A stretch of 64,000 nucleotides of DNA from the NCBI GenBank assembly GCA_036397135.1, contig DASWJN010000069.1, forward strand, positions 1,500 through 65,499, given 5' to 3'. The notes under the pieces are model-generated. The model was given only the letters and a program-made list of their open reading frames with translations. It had not been told where the DNA came from and ran no database searches. The stretch comes from Candidatus Methylomirabilota bacterium. GTDB taxonomy: Bacteria; Methylomirabilota; Methylomirabilia; Rokubacteriales; CSP1-6. Shown piece by piece: positions 25,408-35,167 of the stretch. The position numbers and the translations under genes were made by a program. Each line of letters opens with the position of its first letter. Within the stretch, counting starts at the first letter, position 1.

Positions 25408-28400
25408 TCAGCCGAGCCCCGCCTCCCCGGGCGCCGGGCTCACCATGTGGTGCACGGAATAGCGGCTGACCAGCGTCGAGACCTCCCGGAGCGCGTCGAT
25501 CTCCAGATCATTCTTGCCGTGCGAGAACTCGCGCAGCGCCTCCAGCGTCGTCTGCCAGGTCTCGTCGCCGTCGCCGAAGCTCTCCACCAGGTCGGACAGC
25601 CGGTTCGCCGGACCGCCTTCGCGCCCGTGCAGCTCGCGGAACACGCGCTGCGCGAACCGAGGGGCCCCGGTGACCAGCGCCAGCAGCACCTGGACGGCCC
25701 GGAAGTTGCCGGGCCGATCCGGCGTTCCCACGAACCGCGCCAGCGCCGGGTGCGAGAGCGCGGCCTTGTACAGCCGGTAGATGTTCACGAAGCGCTTCAC
25801 GGACCTCGGTGTGCGGGGCATCAGCGGCGCCACCTCGTCCATGAACTGCAGCTCGGCCTCGGTGATCTTCAGGCTCTCGGTGGGCGCGGCCAGCCCCTCG
25901 CCGCCGATGAATTCGTCCTCGCCCTCGGCCTCGGCCGTGGCGCGCTTCGCCGCCGCCCGGGCGGGCGCCTCGGCGGTCGTGCCCTCGGCCGCGCGCGCGG
26001 TCGAACCCGGATCGTCCGCGGGATCGTCGGGCGGCGGAGGCACGGCGGCGACTGGAGCCGGAGCCGTCTCCACCTCCTCCGACGAGATCAGCGCGTGGAT
26101 CAGGCGCCGGACCCCGGCGGGCTCCATGCGGCGCAGCCAGAACGGCACCTGGAAGATCTTTTCCAGGAAGTCCTGGCTCTCGGCGGGCGCGCGCTCCAGC
26201 CCCTCCGGCGTTTCGCCGGACGGGATCGATTCGTCGGCCAGCATGCCCTGGTAGTGCTTGTGGAGGGCCCGCGAGACCCAGCGCGAGTCCACGCCGACCA
26301 CCACGACGAAGAGCGGGAAGAACAGGAGCAGGTGCACGGCCTCGAGCACGCGGACGACCTTCTCCGGGGGGTGGCACCGGTCGAGGTCGTCGATGTAGAG
26401 GACGATCCGATCGATCCGCGGCAGCCCGGGATCGCCCTGGTTCGTCCTCGCCGCCTCCATCAGCGCGGACAGCCGCTCGAAATCTCGGTGGATCATCGCG
26501 ATCAGCCCGAGATGCTTGTCGTAGTCGGCGCTCGAGGTGCGCTCCCGGATGAAACGTCCGAGGCGCGCCTGGGACGTCGAGTCGCGCACGACCTCGGCGG
26601 CCTGCCGCTCTGCCTCCGCCGCCTGCTCCTGCTCACGCCGCGCCTGCTCGAGCCGGGCCCGGGCCTCCTGCTCGTTCGCCAACGCCGCCTCCCGGTCCTT
26701 CTCGAACGCCCGGAGGTCCTTGCTGCGCGCCTCCTCGATCCGTCGCGTGACGTTCGCCTGCAGGGCCGACAGCCGGTCGAACACCGTGCTGGCTCCGGCG
26801 AGACGTGAGCGAGCCCAGGCGACCGCCGCCCCGAGCACGGTGAGGGCCTCGCCGACCACGGTCCACAGGTGCGCCCAGCCCTCGGGCAGCTCCTGCCACT
26901 GGGCCACTCCGAAGACCATCATCGGAATCGCCACCAGCATGGCGACCACGATCCAGAAGCCCCGGGTGGTGTGCAGCCGGGCCCCGCTCAGCACGCGCCA
27001 CCAGAACCCCGCCCGTGACGCGAGCGCTCGCGCTTCGTCGAGCAACGCCTGGGCGTCGGCCACGGTCGCCTCGCCCGACCCCAGGCGGTCCGCCGCCGTC
27101 CTGAACTCCGGCCGTCCCGACCACTCCGCCGCCGACCTCATGAGCTCGATCAGCGTGGCGCGATCGGTGCCGGCGACGTCGGCGACGCTCTCCCCGAGGA
27201 TCTTCCGCAGCTCCGCGTCCGACGGCGGCGGTGGCGGAGGCAGCCGCGCGAGCTGCCGCTCGGCCTCCGCGACCTTCTGGCGCGCCTCCCCATGGCGCTT
27301 CTCGGCGTCCTCGAGCCGCTGCTCCGCTTCCTTGCGCAGCTCGCGGACGATCTCCAGCCGGTTGAGCAGGCGGTTGAAGTCGTCGGCGTCGTTCTGGCGC
27401 CCGTCGAGGAAGATGCACAGCTGGCTGAAGATCGTGCTGACCAGGCTGGCCCACAGGTTCGTTTCCGTGTAGTGCCAGGCGTTGAAGCGTATCTGAGAGA
27501 TCCGCGGCCAGTAGAGCGGCACCGTCGCGTCCTGTGCCTGCGAGAGCTGCTCGATCCTGTCGTAGAGGCGGTCCATGAAGAACGTCTTGCCCGAACCCCA
27601 GTCGCCGAACAGGCCGATCGACAGCGGTGGCGTGAGGTTGCGCGAGGCCATCACCCGCGCGAAGGCGTCCACGTAGCGGTCGACCTGGAGGCGGTCGCGG
27701 GTGCCGCCCGTGTCGGCGTCGAAGCGGGCGATCCACTGGCGCCGCTCGAGGTCCGGCAACCGGTCATCGCCCAGGCCGTGCGCGTGCCGGGCCCATGCGC
27801 GCGGCCACGCCTCCTCGAGCCGCTGGGTCACGGTCGAGTCCAGGGCGACGCCGCCGGAGGGGCTGGACCAGACGGTCGAGTCGCCCGTCTCCTCGATCAG
27901 GCGCGGCAGGTCGAGAAACGGCTCACGGGACAGGGCCGTCCAGCGGACGTCGACCAGGAACGACGTGCGGCCCCGATGGCTCTCGGCGGGGTCCCAGTGC
28001 GGTCCTTCCACGACGCTGCCGTGGACCTCGCCCACGCCGACCAGACCCCGCGGTTCCGGTCCCTGGCGGACGAGGAAGACGCGCTCGCCCCGCGACATCG
28101 TGCGGCGGGTCCCGGTGCTCCAGCGCACGACCGTCGAGCCGTCCTCCCGGACCTCCTGCGCGCGGCCCTCCAGCTCGGGGAAGGGGAACCGCGCCGGGTT
28201 CCAGGTGAACAGGTACGCCGCCGCGGCCGGCTTGTCCTCGGCCGGCAGCGGAACGCCGGCGCCCCGCCACCACCGTTGCCAGGCATCCGGCGTGCGGCGC
28301 TGGTCGCTGGACCGGAGGAAGTTGAGCCACTCGCGACGGAGCGTGTCGACATCCGAGCCCGCCGCGCGCGCGATCTCGGGCAGCGACGGGTCGTCCTTGG

Positions 28401-28758
28401 CGAGCAACGCCAGGGTCACGTAGTCGCGTCCCCACACCGTTTTCTTGTCGCCCAGGAAGCCCTCGGCGACCGAGAACGAGTCCGCCAGGGGTTTGCTCAG
28501 CGGCATCGCCGCGAGATCGGGCGGCGGCACGTCGGTCGTCTTCACGTCCGGTCGGCTCGGCAGCGGCAGCAGGGAGGCAAGCTTCACGAAGGCGGCGGAG
28601 CGATCGGTCCGCGCCACGCGCAACGCCCCCTCGAGCAGATGGCCGGCGCTGAGCGGCCGGCCGCCCGCCAGCGCCCACGCCCGGTGGAGCGCCTTCTGGA
28701 CGTGGGCTTCCAGCTGGAACTGCGTGAAATTGACGACGACGGCGGTGAGCGCTGGCAT
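25408..28758 (-). CDS. KAP family P-loop NTPase with N-terminal Clp_N-like double repeat and EVE/PUA-like domain (1116 aa)
   Basis: ATG (RC 28756-28758) after GGGAG. Clp_N-like repeats at aa 1-150 (LSAGHLLEGALRVAR; VTLALLAKDDPSLPEIARAAG). An EVE-like region at aa ~181-320 (YLFTWNP...GERVFLVRQGPEPRGLVGVGEV...FLVDVRWTALSREPFLDLPRL). Walker A LFGDWGSGKT. TM helices inserted in the NTPase domain (FWIVVAMLVAIPMMVFGVAQW, WTVVGEALTVLGAAVAWA), the KAP hallmark. Walker B IVLYIDDLDRC. The rest of the 1817-aa track ORF is antisense of hyuA. Confidence 0.8.
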   Translation of the reverse strand: MPALTAVVVNFTQFQLEAHVQKALHRAWALAGGRPLSAGHLLEGALRVARTDRSAAFVKLASLLPLPSRPDVKTTDVPPPDLAAMPLSKPLADSFSVAEGFLGDKKTVWGRDYVTLALLAKDDPSLPEIARAAGSDVDTLRREWLNFLRSSDQRRTPDAWQRWWRGAGVPLPAEDKPAAAAYLFTWNPARFPFPELEGRAQEVREDGSTVVRWSTGTRRTMSRGERVFLVRQGPEPRGLVGVGEVHGSVVEGPHWDPAESHRGRTSFLVDVRWTALSREPFLDLPRLIEETGDSTVWSSPSGGVALDSTVTQRLEEAWPRAWARHAHGLGDDRLPDLERRQWIARFDADTGGTRDRLQVDRYVDAFARVMASRNLTPPLSIGLFGDWGSGKTFFMDRLYDRIEQLSQAQDATVPLYWPRISQIRFNAWHYTETNLWASLVSTIFSQLCIFLDGRQNDADDFNRLLNRLEIVRELRKEAEQRLEDAEKRHGEARQKVAEAERQLARLPPPPPPSDAELRKILGESVADVAGTDRATLIELMRSAAEWSGRPEFRTAADRLGSGEATVADAQALLDEARALASRAGFWWRVLSGARLHTTRGFWIVVAMLVAIPMMVFGVAQWQELPEGWAHLWTVVGEALTVLGAAVAWARSRLAGASTVFDRLSALQANVTRRIEEARSKDLRAFEKDREAALANEQEARARLEQARREQEQAAEAERQAAEVVRDSTSQARLGRFIRERTSSADYDKHLGLIAMIHRDFERLSALMEAARTNQGDPGLPRIDRIVLYIDDLDRCHPPEKVVRVLEAVHLLLFFPLFVVVVGVDSRWVSRALHKHYQGMLADESIPSGETPEGLERAPAESQDFLEKIFQVPFWLRRMEPAGVRRLIHALISSEEVETAPAPVAAVPPPPDDPADDPGSTARAAEGTTAEAPARAAAKRATAEAEGEDEFIGGEGLAAPTESLKITEAELQFMDEVAPLMPRTPRSVKRFVNIYRLYKAALSHPALARFVGTPDRPGNFRAVQVLLALVTGAPRFAQRVFRELHGREGGPANRLSDLVESFGDGDETWQTTLEALREFSHGKNDLEIDALREVSTLVSRYSVHHMVSPAPGEAGLG

Positions 28759-28884
28759 GGCGACTCCCGGATCCCTGGAGCGAGGCTGGCCCAGCGGCGG
28801 CCGGACTGTCAAGAGGCAAAGGTGCGGTCGAGCCTGGCGGCGCGCGATTGACTTCGCCCGGCCGTCGCGGTACAGCAACGAGCT

Positions 28885-30993
28885 GTGACTCCGGGTCGGA
28901 CCCTGCTCGTCGGTGTGGATGTCGGCGGCACCTTCACGGACCTCGTGCTGTTCGACGAGGCGACCGGCGCCGTGCGGGTGGCCAAGGTGCCGACGACCGT
29001 GCGCAACCAGGCCGACGGTGTCCTGGCCGCCCTCGCCGGGGCCGGGGCCACGCCCGCCGACCTGAAGATCATCGTGCATGGAACGACGACCGCCACCAAC
29101 GCTCTCCTCGAGCGCAAGGGGGCGAGCACGGGGCTCATCACCACGCGCGGATTCCGCGACGTCCTGGAGCTGGGCCGGCGCACCCGGCCGACGCCCTACG
29201 GGCTCAAGGGCACGTTCGAGGCGTTGATCCCGCGCGAGCTGCGCCTCGAGGTCACCGAACGGCTGGACGCCGAGGGACAGGTGGTGACGCCGCTCGACGA
29301 GGCCGAGGTGCGGCGCGCCGCGGCGTGGCTCCGCGAGCGCGGCGTCGAGGCGCTGGTGATCCACTTCATCCACTCGTACGTCAACGACGCGCACGAACGC
29401 CGGGCTCGCGAGGTGGCCGCCGCCGTGTGGCCGAACGCGTATCTCACCGTGGGGGCGGAGCTGCTGCCCGAGTACCGGGAGTTCGAGCGCGGGACGACGG
29501 CCGCCATCAACGGCTTCGTCCAGCCGGTGATCGACCGTTACCTGCGCCGGCTGGCCGGTGAGCTGGCCGGCCAGGGCTACCAGCACGAATTGCTCGTGAT
29601 GCAGGGCAACGGCGGCACGATGTCCGTCGACGTGGCCGCGCGTCACGCCGTCAACACGCTCATGTCGGGACCGGCGGCCGGCGTGAAGGCCGCCGCCTTC
29701 ACCGCGCTCGCCGCCGGCCACGGCAACGCGATCTCGTGCGACATGGGTGGCACGAGCTTCGACGTCGGCGTGATCGTGGGCGGCGCGCCGGCGGTCAGCG
29801 CCGACAAGGAGATGGGCTACGGCCTGCCCGTGCGCGTGCCGATGATCGACATCCACACCATCGGCGCCGGCGGCGGCTCGATCGCCCGGGTGTCGAGCGC
29901 GGGGATTCTCCAGGTCGGGCCGGAGAGCGCGGGGGCCGAGCCCGGCCCCATCGCCTACGGCCGCGGCGGCCAGGAGCCCACGATCACCGACGCCAACCTG
30001 CTCCTGGGCCGGCTCAACCCCGACGGGCTCCTCGGCGTGGCGGGCGGCGCGCGGCTCGACCGGGTGCGCGAGATCGTCGACAAGAAGATCGGCGCCCACC
30101 TGGCCCTCGACCCGGTGGCCGCGGCCGCGGCGATCGTGCGGGTGGCCAACGACCGGATGGCCGGCGCCATCCGGCTGGTGTCGCTCCAGCGGGGGCGCGA
30201 CCCGCGCGACTTCATCCTGTTCGCCTTCGGGGGCGCGGGGCCGCTGCACGCCGTGGCGCTGGCCCGCGAGCTGGCGATCCCGAAGGTGCTGGTGCCGGCG
30301 CGGCCTGGCATCACCTCGGCCCTGGGCTGCCTGGTGGCCGACGTGCGTCACGACTTCGTGCGGACCATCAACCAGGGGCTCCTGCATCTGGACGTGGCCG
30401 AGGCGCGGTCCATCCTGGCCGCCCAGATCGCCGAGGGGCGCCGCCTGCTCGCCACCGAGGGCGTCGAGGTCGAGACGGTGACCGTCCAGCACGAGGCCGA
30501 CATGCAGTTCGCCGGGCAGACCCATGTGCTCACCGTGCCCATCGCCCGGACGGAGTTCACGCGCGAGGATCTGGCGGAGACGTTCGAGCGCGCCTACCGC
30601 GAGCGCTTCGGCGTGGAACTGCGCGAGATGCGCGCCCTGGTCATGAGCCTGCGCACCGCGGTGATCGGCCGCCGCCGCCCCATCGCGCTGGACGGCCTCG
30701 GCGGAGCCGTGACGGCCGGCGGCCCGATCGGCACCCGCCCGGTATGGTTCGGAACGAGCGACGTTGCGCCAGACCCCCGACGGGGGGGTGTGGGGGGAGC
30801 CGGAGGGGCCCCCCACCAAGAACAAGCCTGGCACGACACGCCGATCTACCGGCGCGAGCACCTGCCCGCCGGCGCGACGCTGGTGGGCCCGGCGATCGTG
30901 GAGCAGCTCGACGCGACCACGGTGATCGAGCCGGGCGATCGGGTGCGCGTGGACGCCCTCGGCAACCTCGAGATCACGGTGAGGGGAGTGTGA
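28885..30993 (+). CDS. hyuA: hydantoinase/oxoprolinase family protein, A (beta) subunit
   Basis: GTG 28885 encoding VTPGRTLLVGVDVGGTFTDLVLFD, the actin-like ATPase N-terminus of HyuA/OplA/acetone carboxylase beta. A possible TTGACT-17-TACAGC promoter lies at 28848-28876. Confidence 0.85.
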   Translation: MTPGRTLLVGVDVGGTFTDLVLFDEATGAVRVAKVPTTVRNQADGVLAALAGAGATPADLKIIVHGTTTATNALLERKGASTGLITTRGFRDVLELGRRTRPTPYGLKGTFEALIPRELRLEVTERLDAEGQVVTPLDEAEVRRAAAWLRERGVEALVIHFIHSYVNDAHERRAREVAAAVWPNAYLTVGAELLPEYREFERGTTAAINGFVQPVIDRYLRRLAGELAGQGYQHELLVMQGNGGTMSVDVAARHAVNTLMSGPAAGVKAAAFTALAAGHGNAISCDMGGTSFDVGVIVGGAPAVSADKEMGYGLPVRVPMIDIHTIGAGGGSIARVSSAGILQVGPESAGAEPGPIAYGRGGQEPTITDANLLLGRLNPDGLLGVAGGARLDRVREIVDKKIGAHLALDPVAAAAAIVRVANDRMAGAIRLVSLQRGRDPRDFILFAFGGAGPLHAVALARELAIPKVLVPARPGITSALGCLVADVRHDFVRTINQGLLHLDVAEARSILAAQIAEGRRLLATEGVEVETVTVQHEADMQFAGQTHVLTVPIARTEFTREDLAETFERAYRERFGVELREMRALVMSLRTAVIGRRRPIALDGLGGAVTAGGPIGTRPVWFGTSDVAPDPRRGGVGGAGGAPHQEQAWHDTPIYRREHLPAGATLVGPAIVEQLDATTVIEPGDRVRVDALGNLEITVRGV

Positions 30994-32747
30994 TGGACGC
31001 CATCGACCCGGTCACCCTCGTCGTCGTCCAGAACGGCCTGCAGCAGGTGGCCAGCGAGATGGACCTCACCTTCGAGCGGGCCGCCTTCTCACCGGTCATC
31101 TCCGAGGGCTTCGACCGTTCGGACGGGATCTACGACCGCGACACCGGCGACGTCATCGCCCAGGGCGAGCTGGGCCTGCCGATCTTCGTCGGGGTGATGC
31201 AGTTCACCACGCGCGCCGTCATCGAGCGGGCGCGCGACGTCGTGCCCGGCGACATCTTCCTGGTCAACGACCCCTATTGCGGCGGCACCCATCTCATGGA
31301 CGTGAAGATGGTGCAGCCGTTCTTCTACCGCGGCCGGCACTGGGCGTGGCTGGCCAACACCGGCCACTGGCCGGACACGGGGGGCTCGGTGCCCGGCGGG
31401 TTCTCGACGCGGGCCACCGAGGTCCAGCAGGAGGGGCTGCGGCTGCCGCCGGTCAAGCTCTTCCGCGCCGGCGTGATGGACGACGACATCTTGCAGATCG
31501 TCCTGGCCAACATCCGCGTGCCGGAAGAGCGGATCGGCGACATCAAGGCCCAGGTGGCCGCCCTCACCGTGGGCGAGCGGCGGCTCACCGCGCTGCTGGA
31601 CCGCTACGGCGCCGATACCGTCGCGGCCTGTATCACCGAGCTGCGCCGGCGCTCCGAGCAGATGATGCGGGCCCACCTCGCCACGATCCCCGACGGCGTC
31701 TACCGCGGCGAGGCGTTCGTGGATTCCGACGGCGTGGACCCCGACCCGCTGGCCATCCGCCTCACGATCCGGAAGGAGGGCACCGACCTCCACTTCGACT
31801 TCTCGGAGTCGAGCCCGCCGTGCCGCGGCCCCCTCAACAGCGTCATCGCGACGACCAGGGCCGCCGTCTACCTGGCCGTCAAGCACATCTTTCCCGACGT
31901 GCCCATCAACGCCGGCTGCTTCGAGCCGCTGAAGGTCGCCGACCCGCACGGGACGTTCCTCTACGCGCGCTACCCGCGGCCCGTCTCCGGCTGCGCCGCC
32001 GAGGTCAGCTCGCGCATCGCCGAGAGTGTGTTCACCACGCTGGCCCGGGCCATTCCCGAGGACCTCTTCGCCGCGCCGGCCGGCACCAGCGGCAACCTGA
32101 CGCTGGGCGGCTACGATCCGCTGAAGGAGCGGCACTACATCATGTACGTCTTCTCCGGCGGCGGCTACGGCGGCAGCGCCGGGGACGACGGCCTCACCAA
32201 CGGCTGCTCCACCATCGGCATCTCCAAGACCCAGCCGGTCGAGGTGCTGGAGCAGCACTACCCGGTCCTGTTCGAGCAGTACGCGCTGCGCGAGCGCTCG
32301 GGCGGTGCCGGCCGGACGCGCGGCGGCTTCGGCGTCGACTACACGGTGCGCGTCCGGCGCGGCGAGGCGCTGCTGTCGTTCCTGATGGACCACGGCCGCT
32401 TCGGCCCGCCCGGGCTGTTCGGCGGCAAGGACGGCGCCCCCAACGAGGTCGTGGTCGAGCGGGAGGGCGCCCGGTACCGCTCCCCGCACTGGTCCAAGGA
32501 CGAGGACATCCGCGTGGTCGGCGGCGACGCCGTGCGCGTGCGCACGCCCGGGGGCGGCGGCTACGGCGATCCGCTCACCCGCGACCCCGAGCTGGTGCGG
32601 CGCGACGTGGCGCGCGGCTACCTCACCGTGGAGGACGCCGCGCGCGACTACGGCGTCGTGCTCGGCGGCGAGCCGCCGGCGGTGGACCGGGACGCCACCG
32701 GCCGCCTCCGGCGCGAGCGGGGTCCGCTCGGCGCCGTCGGCGACTGA
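30993..32747 (+). CDS. hyuB: hydantoinase B/oxoprolinase family protein
   Basis: TGATG overlap with hyuA. MDAIDPVTLVVVQNGLQQVASEMDLTFERAAFSPVISEGFD...NDPYCGGTHLMD. Confidence 0.85.
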   Translation: MDAIDPVTLVVVQNGLQQVASEMDLTFERAAFSPVISEGFDRSDGIYDRDTGDVIAQGELGLPIFVGVMQFTTRAVIERARDVVPGDIFLVNDPYCGGTHLMDVKMVQPFFYRGRHWAWLANTGHWPDTGGSVPGGFSTRATEVQQEGLRLPPVKLFRAGVMDDDILQIVLANIRVPEERIGDIKAQVAALTVGERRLTALLDRYGADTVAACITELRRRSEQMMRAHLATIPDGVYRGEAFVDSDGVDPDPLAIRLTIRKEGTDLHFDFSESSPPCRGPLNSVIATTRAAVYLAVKHIFPDVPINAGCFEPLKVADPHGTFLYARYPRPVSGCAAEVSSRIAESVFTTLARAIPEDLFAAPAGTSGNLTLGGYDPLKERHYIMYVFSGGGYGGSAGDDGLTNGCSTIGISKTQPVEVLEQHYPVLFEQYALRERSGGAGRTRGGFGVDYTVRVRRGEALLSFLMDHGRFGPPGLFGGKDGAPNEVVVEREGARYRSPHWSKDEDIRVVGGDAVRVRTPGGGGYGDPLTRDPELVRRDVARGYLTVEDAARDYGVVLGGEPPAVDRDATGRLRRERGPLGAVGD

Positions 32748-33616
32748 CCCCCGAGGCCGCGGGCCTGGATCCAGCGAACCATCGTTCGCGCGAGGACATC
32801 CTCGCGGCCGGCGAACCCGTGGGGGGCTCCGGGGACGACGACGCCGGTGAACGACCGCGCCCGGATCGCGTTCCGCTCGAACGCCTCCAGCAGCTCCGCC
32901 GGCCGCCGATCGAGGTACTCGTCGCGGCTGCCGACGATGACGGCGACGGGCACGCGGACCCGTCGGAGCGCCGCCCAGCGGGCGTGGGGCCGGTAGTAGG
33001 GAAAGACGTCCTCGGCCTCGCCCGGCCGGTAGAGCGAGATGTAGCGCCGGGCGCTCCAGAAGCCGAAGGCCCGCGGCACCAGCGCCTCCGGATCACGCCT
33101 GGCGATCCGTTCCGCCACGGCCACGCGGCGCCGAAGCTCGCGGCGGCCGAGCCGCTTCGCCTCCCCCGCGATGTCCGACACGGGCCCGAGCAGCATCAGC
33201 CCGCGCACCCGCCGGTCGCGGACGCGGGCCGCGTAGTGGAGGACCTTGTTGGCGCCCGTCGAGTGCCCGGCCAGGATCACCGTGCGATGGCCGGCGCGGC
33301 GGGCGAGGGCGACCATCGCCCGGAGGTCCTCGACGCTCTGGCCGAAGCGCTCGAAGGCGGCGCCGGCGAGCCGCTTGCCGGCGCGCGCGACCGTGTCGTG
33401 GCCGCGGGTATTGAGCTTGAAGTAGGCGATGCCCGCCGCGTCGAGGCGAGCCGACAGCGCCTGGACGAGCGGCTGCCCGGATGCGAATGCCGAGCCGAGG
33501 CCGTGGACCCAGACGAGCGCGGCGCCCCGCCGGCGCCTCGGCTCGGCGACCACGCCGTCGAGCCACACGCCGTCCCGCGTGCGGACCCGGACGAGCGAGA
33601 CCGGTATGCGCTGCAT
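32648..33616 (-). CDS. alpha/beta hydrolase fold protein
   Basis: GHSTGANKV nucleophile elbow. A low-complexity C-terminal tail overlaps the convergent hyuB 3' end by ~100 nt. Confidence 0.65.
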   Translation of the reverse strand: MQRIPVSLVRVRTRDGVWLDGVVAEPRRRRGAALVWVHGLGSAFASGQPLVQALSARLDAAGIAYFKLNTRGHDTVARAGKRLAGAAFERFGQSVEDLRAMVALARRAGHRTVILAGHSTGANKVLHYAARVRDRRVRGLMLLGPVSDIAGEAKRLGRRELRRRVAVAERIARRDPEALVPRAFGFWSARRYISLYRPGEAEDVFPYYRPHARWAALRRVRVPVAVIVGSRDEYLDRRPAELLEAFERNAIRARSFTGVVVPGAPHGFAGREDVLARTMVRWIQARGLGGQSPTAPSGPRSRRRRPVASRSTAGGSPPSTTP

Positions 33617-33732
33617 CGCGCGACTCTAGCCAGTTCCGGAGCCGGCAATCAAGTCACTCCTTGCGAGCGAGCGGGCGGCGCCACCGCTCCGTCACCCCGG
33701 GGTATCATCCCGCCAGGACGAAGGGAGGCGCC

Positions 33733-35154
33733 ATGCTCGATCTGGTGATCCGAGGCGGACAGGTCGTGACCCCCCACGGCGTCGGCGCCTGGGACGTCGG
33801 CATCGAAGGCGAACGCATCGCCGCCGTCGCCGCGCCCGGTACGCTGCCCCGCGACGCCGGCCGCATCGTCGACGCCACCGGCCGGCTCGTCATCCCCGGC
33901 GGGATCGATCCGCACGTGCACACGCACTGGCCCATCCCGGCGCTCGGCGGCGGCCACACGACCAGCGCGCCGCCCGAGCAGGTCAGCCGCGCCGCCATCC
34001 ACGGCGGCACCACCACGCTCGTCGACTTCGCCGTGTGGGAACCGGACATGACGATCGCCCGGGCCATCGAGGACAAGGAGGCGGTCTGGCGCCGGGGCTT
34101 CACGGACTACGGCCTGCACGTGATGCTGCAGGGCGCGGTCCCGCCGGCGGTCATCGACCAGATTCCCGAGGCCATCCAGGCCGGCTTTCCGAGCCTCAAG
34201 ATCTTCACGACCGACGTGCGTCCCATCGGCCAGGGGCGGATGATCCGCCTCGGCCACCTGTGGGCCATCATGGAGACGGCGGCCAGGCACGGCGGCGTGC
34301 TCGCCATCCACGCCGAGGACGACGACCTCGTCATGTACATGTACGAGCGCCTGGAGCGGGAGGGCCGCACCGACATCCAGCACATGCCGCTCGTCCACAG
34401 CGTGATGTCGGAAGACATCTCGTTCCGCCGCGTGCTGCGCCTGGCGCGCTACGTCGAGGGCGCCGCCGTGTACTTCGTGCACGTGAGCGCCGGGGCGGGG
34501 GTGGAGGCCATCGCGGAAGCCCGCGCCGAAGGCCGCGCGATCTACGGCGAGACCCTGCACCATTACGCGACCTTCACCGCCGAGGCCTACCTGCGGCCCG
34601 ACGGTGTCCTCTACCACACCTATCCCTCGCTCAAGCACGAGGAGGACCGCCAGCGCATCTGGAGCGGGCTCGCGACCGGCACGCTGAGCACGGTCGCCAC
34701 CGACGAGCTGTGCACGCCGCGGGCGGTCAAGGTGCGCAGCCGCCACGTCGCGGACGCCACCGGCGGCCACGTCGGCGTGGAGACGCGCGTGCCCATCATC
34801 TATACCGAGGGCGTCTCCAAGCGCGGGATGTCCCTCGAGCGCTTCGTCGCCGTGACCTCGACGAACGCGGCGAAGGTCCTCGGCCTCTATCCGCGAAAAG
34901 GCGTGATCGCCCCCGGCAGCGACGCCGACGTCGTCGTCTTCGACCCCACGGTCCGGCGCACGCTCCGCTCCGCCGACCTGCACGGCTCCGACTACAGCGC
35001 CTGGGACGGCTGGGAGGTGCACGGCTGGCCGGGCATGGTGATCCTGCGCGGGAAGGTCGTCGTCGAGAACGGCAAGCTCAGCGGGCAGGCGGGCGACGGC
35101 CGCCGCGTTCCCGGCAAGCTGGCGGCCGCCATCCAGGACGGCCCCGCGGTATGA
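33733..35154 (+). CDS. dihydropyrimidinase / D-hydantoinase (cyclic amidohydrolase)
   Basis: AAGGGAGG SD, then ATG 33733 encoding MLDLVIRGGQVVTPHGV...PGGIDPHVHTHWP (HxH)...FPSLKIFTT (carbamylated Lys)...HAED. 473 aa. Confidence 0.85.
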   Translation: MLDLVIRGGQVVTPHGVGAWDVGIEGERIAAVAAPGTLPRDAGRIVDATGRLVIPGGIDPHVHTHWPIPALGGGHTTSAPPEQVSRAAIHGGTTTLVDFAVWEPDMTIARAIEDKEAVWRRGFTDYGLHVMLQGAVPPAVIDQIPEAIQAGFPSLKIFTTDVRPIGQGRMIRLGHLWAIMETAARHGGVLAIHAEDDDLVMYMYERLEREGRTDIQHMPLVHSVMSEDISFRRVLRLARYVEGAAVYFVHVSAGAGVEAIAEARAEGRAIYGETLHHYATFTAEAYLRPDGVLYHTYPSLKHEEDRQRIWSGLATGTLSTVATDELCTPRAVKVRSRHVADATGGHVGVETRVPIIYTEGVSKRGMSLERFVAVTSTNAAKVLGLYPRKGVIAPGSDADVVVFDPTVRRTLRSADLHGSDYSAWDGWEVHGWPGMVILRGKVVVENGKLSGQAGDGRRVPGKLAAAIQDGPAV

Positions 35155-35167
35155 GCGCCCGGCGAGC

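Noticed and set aside
28759-30861. Upstream ~700 aa of the 1817-aa minus-strand ORF
   Set aside because: This is an open frame running antisense through hyuA. The KAP NTPase gene begins at ATG 28758 with an SD, and its domain content starts there.
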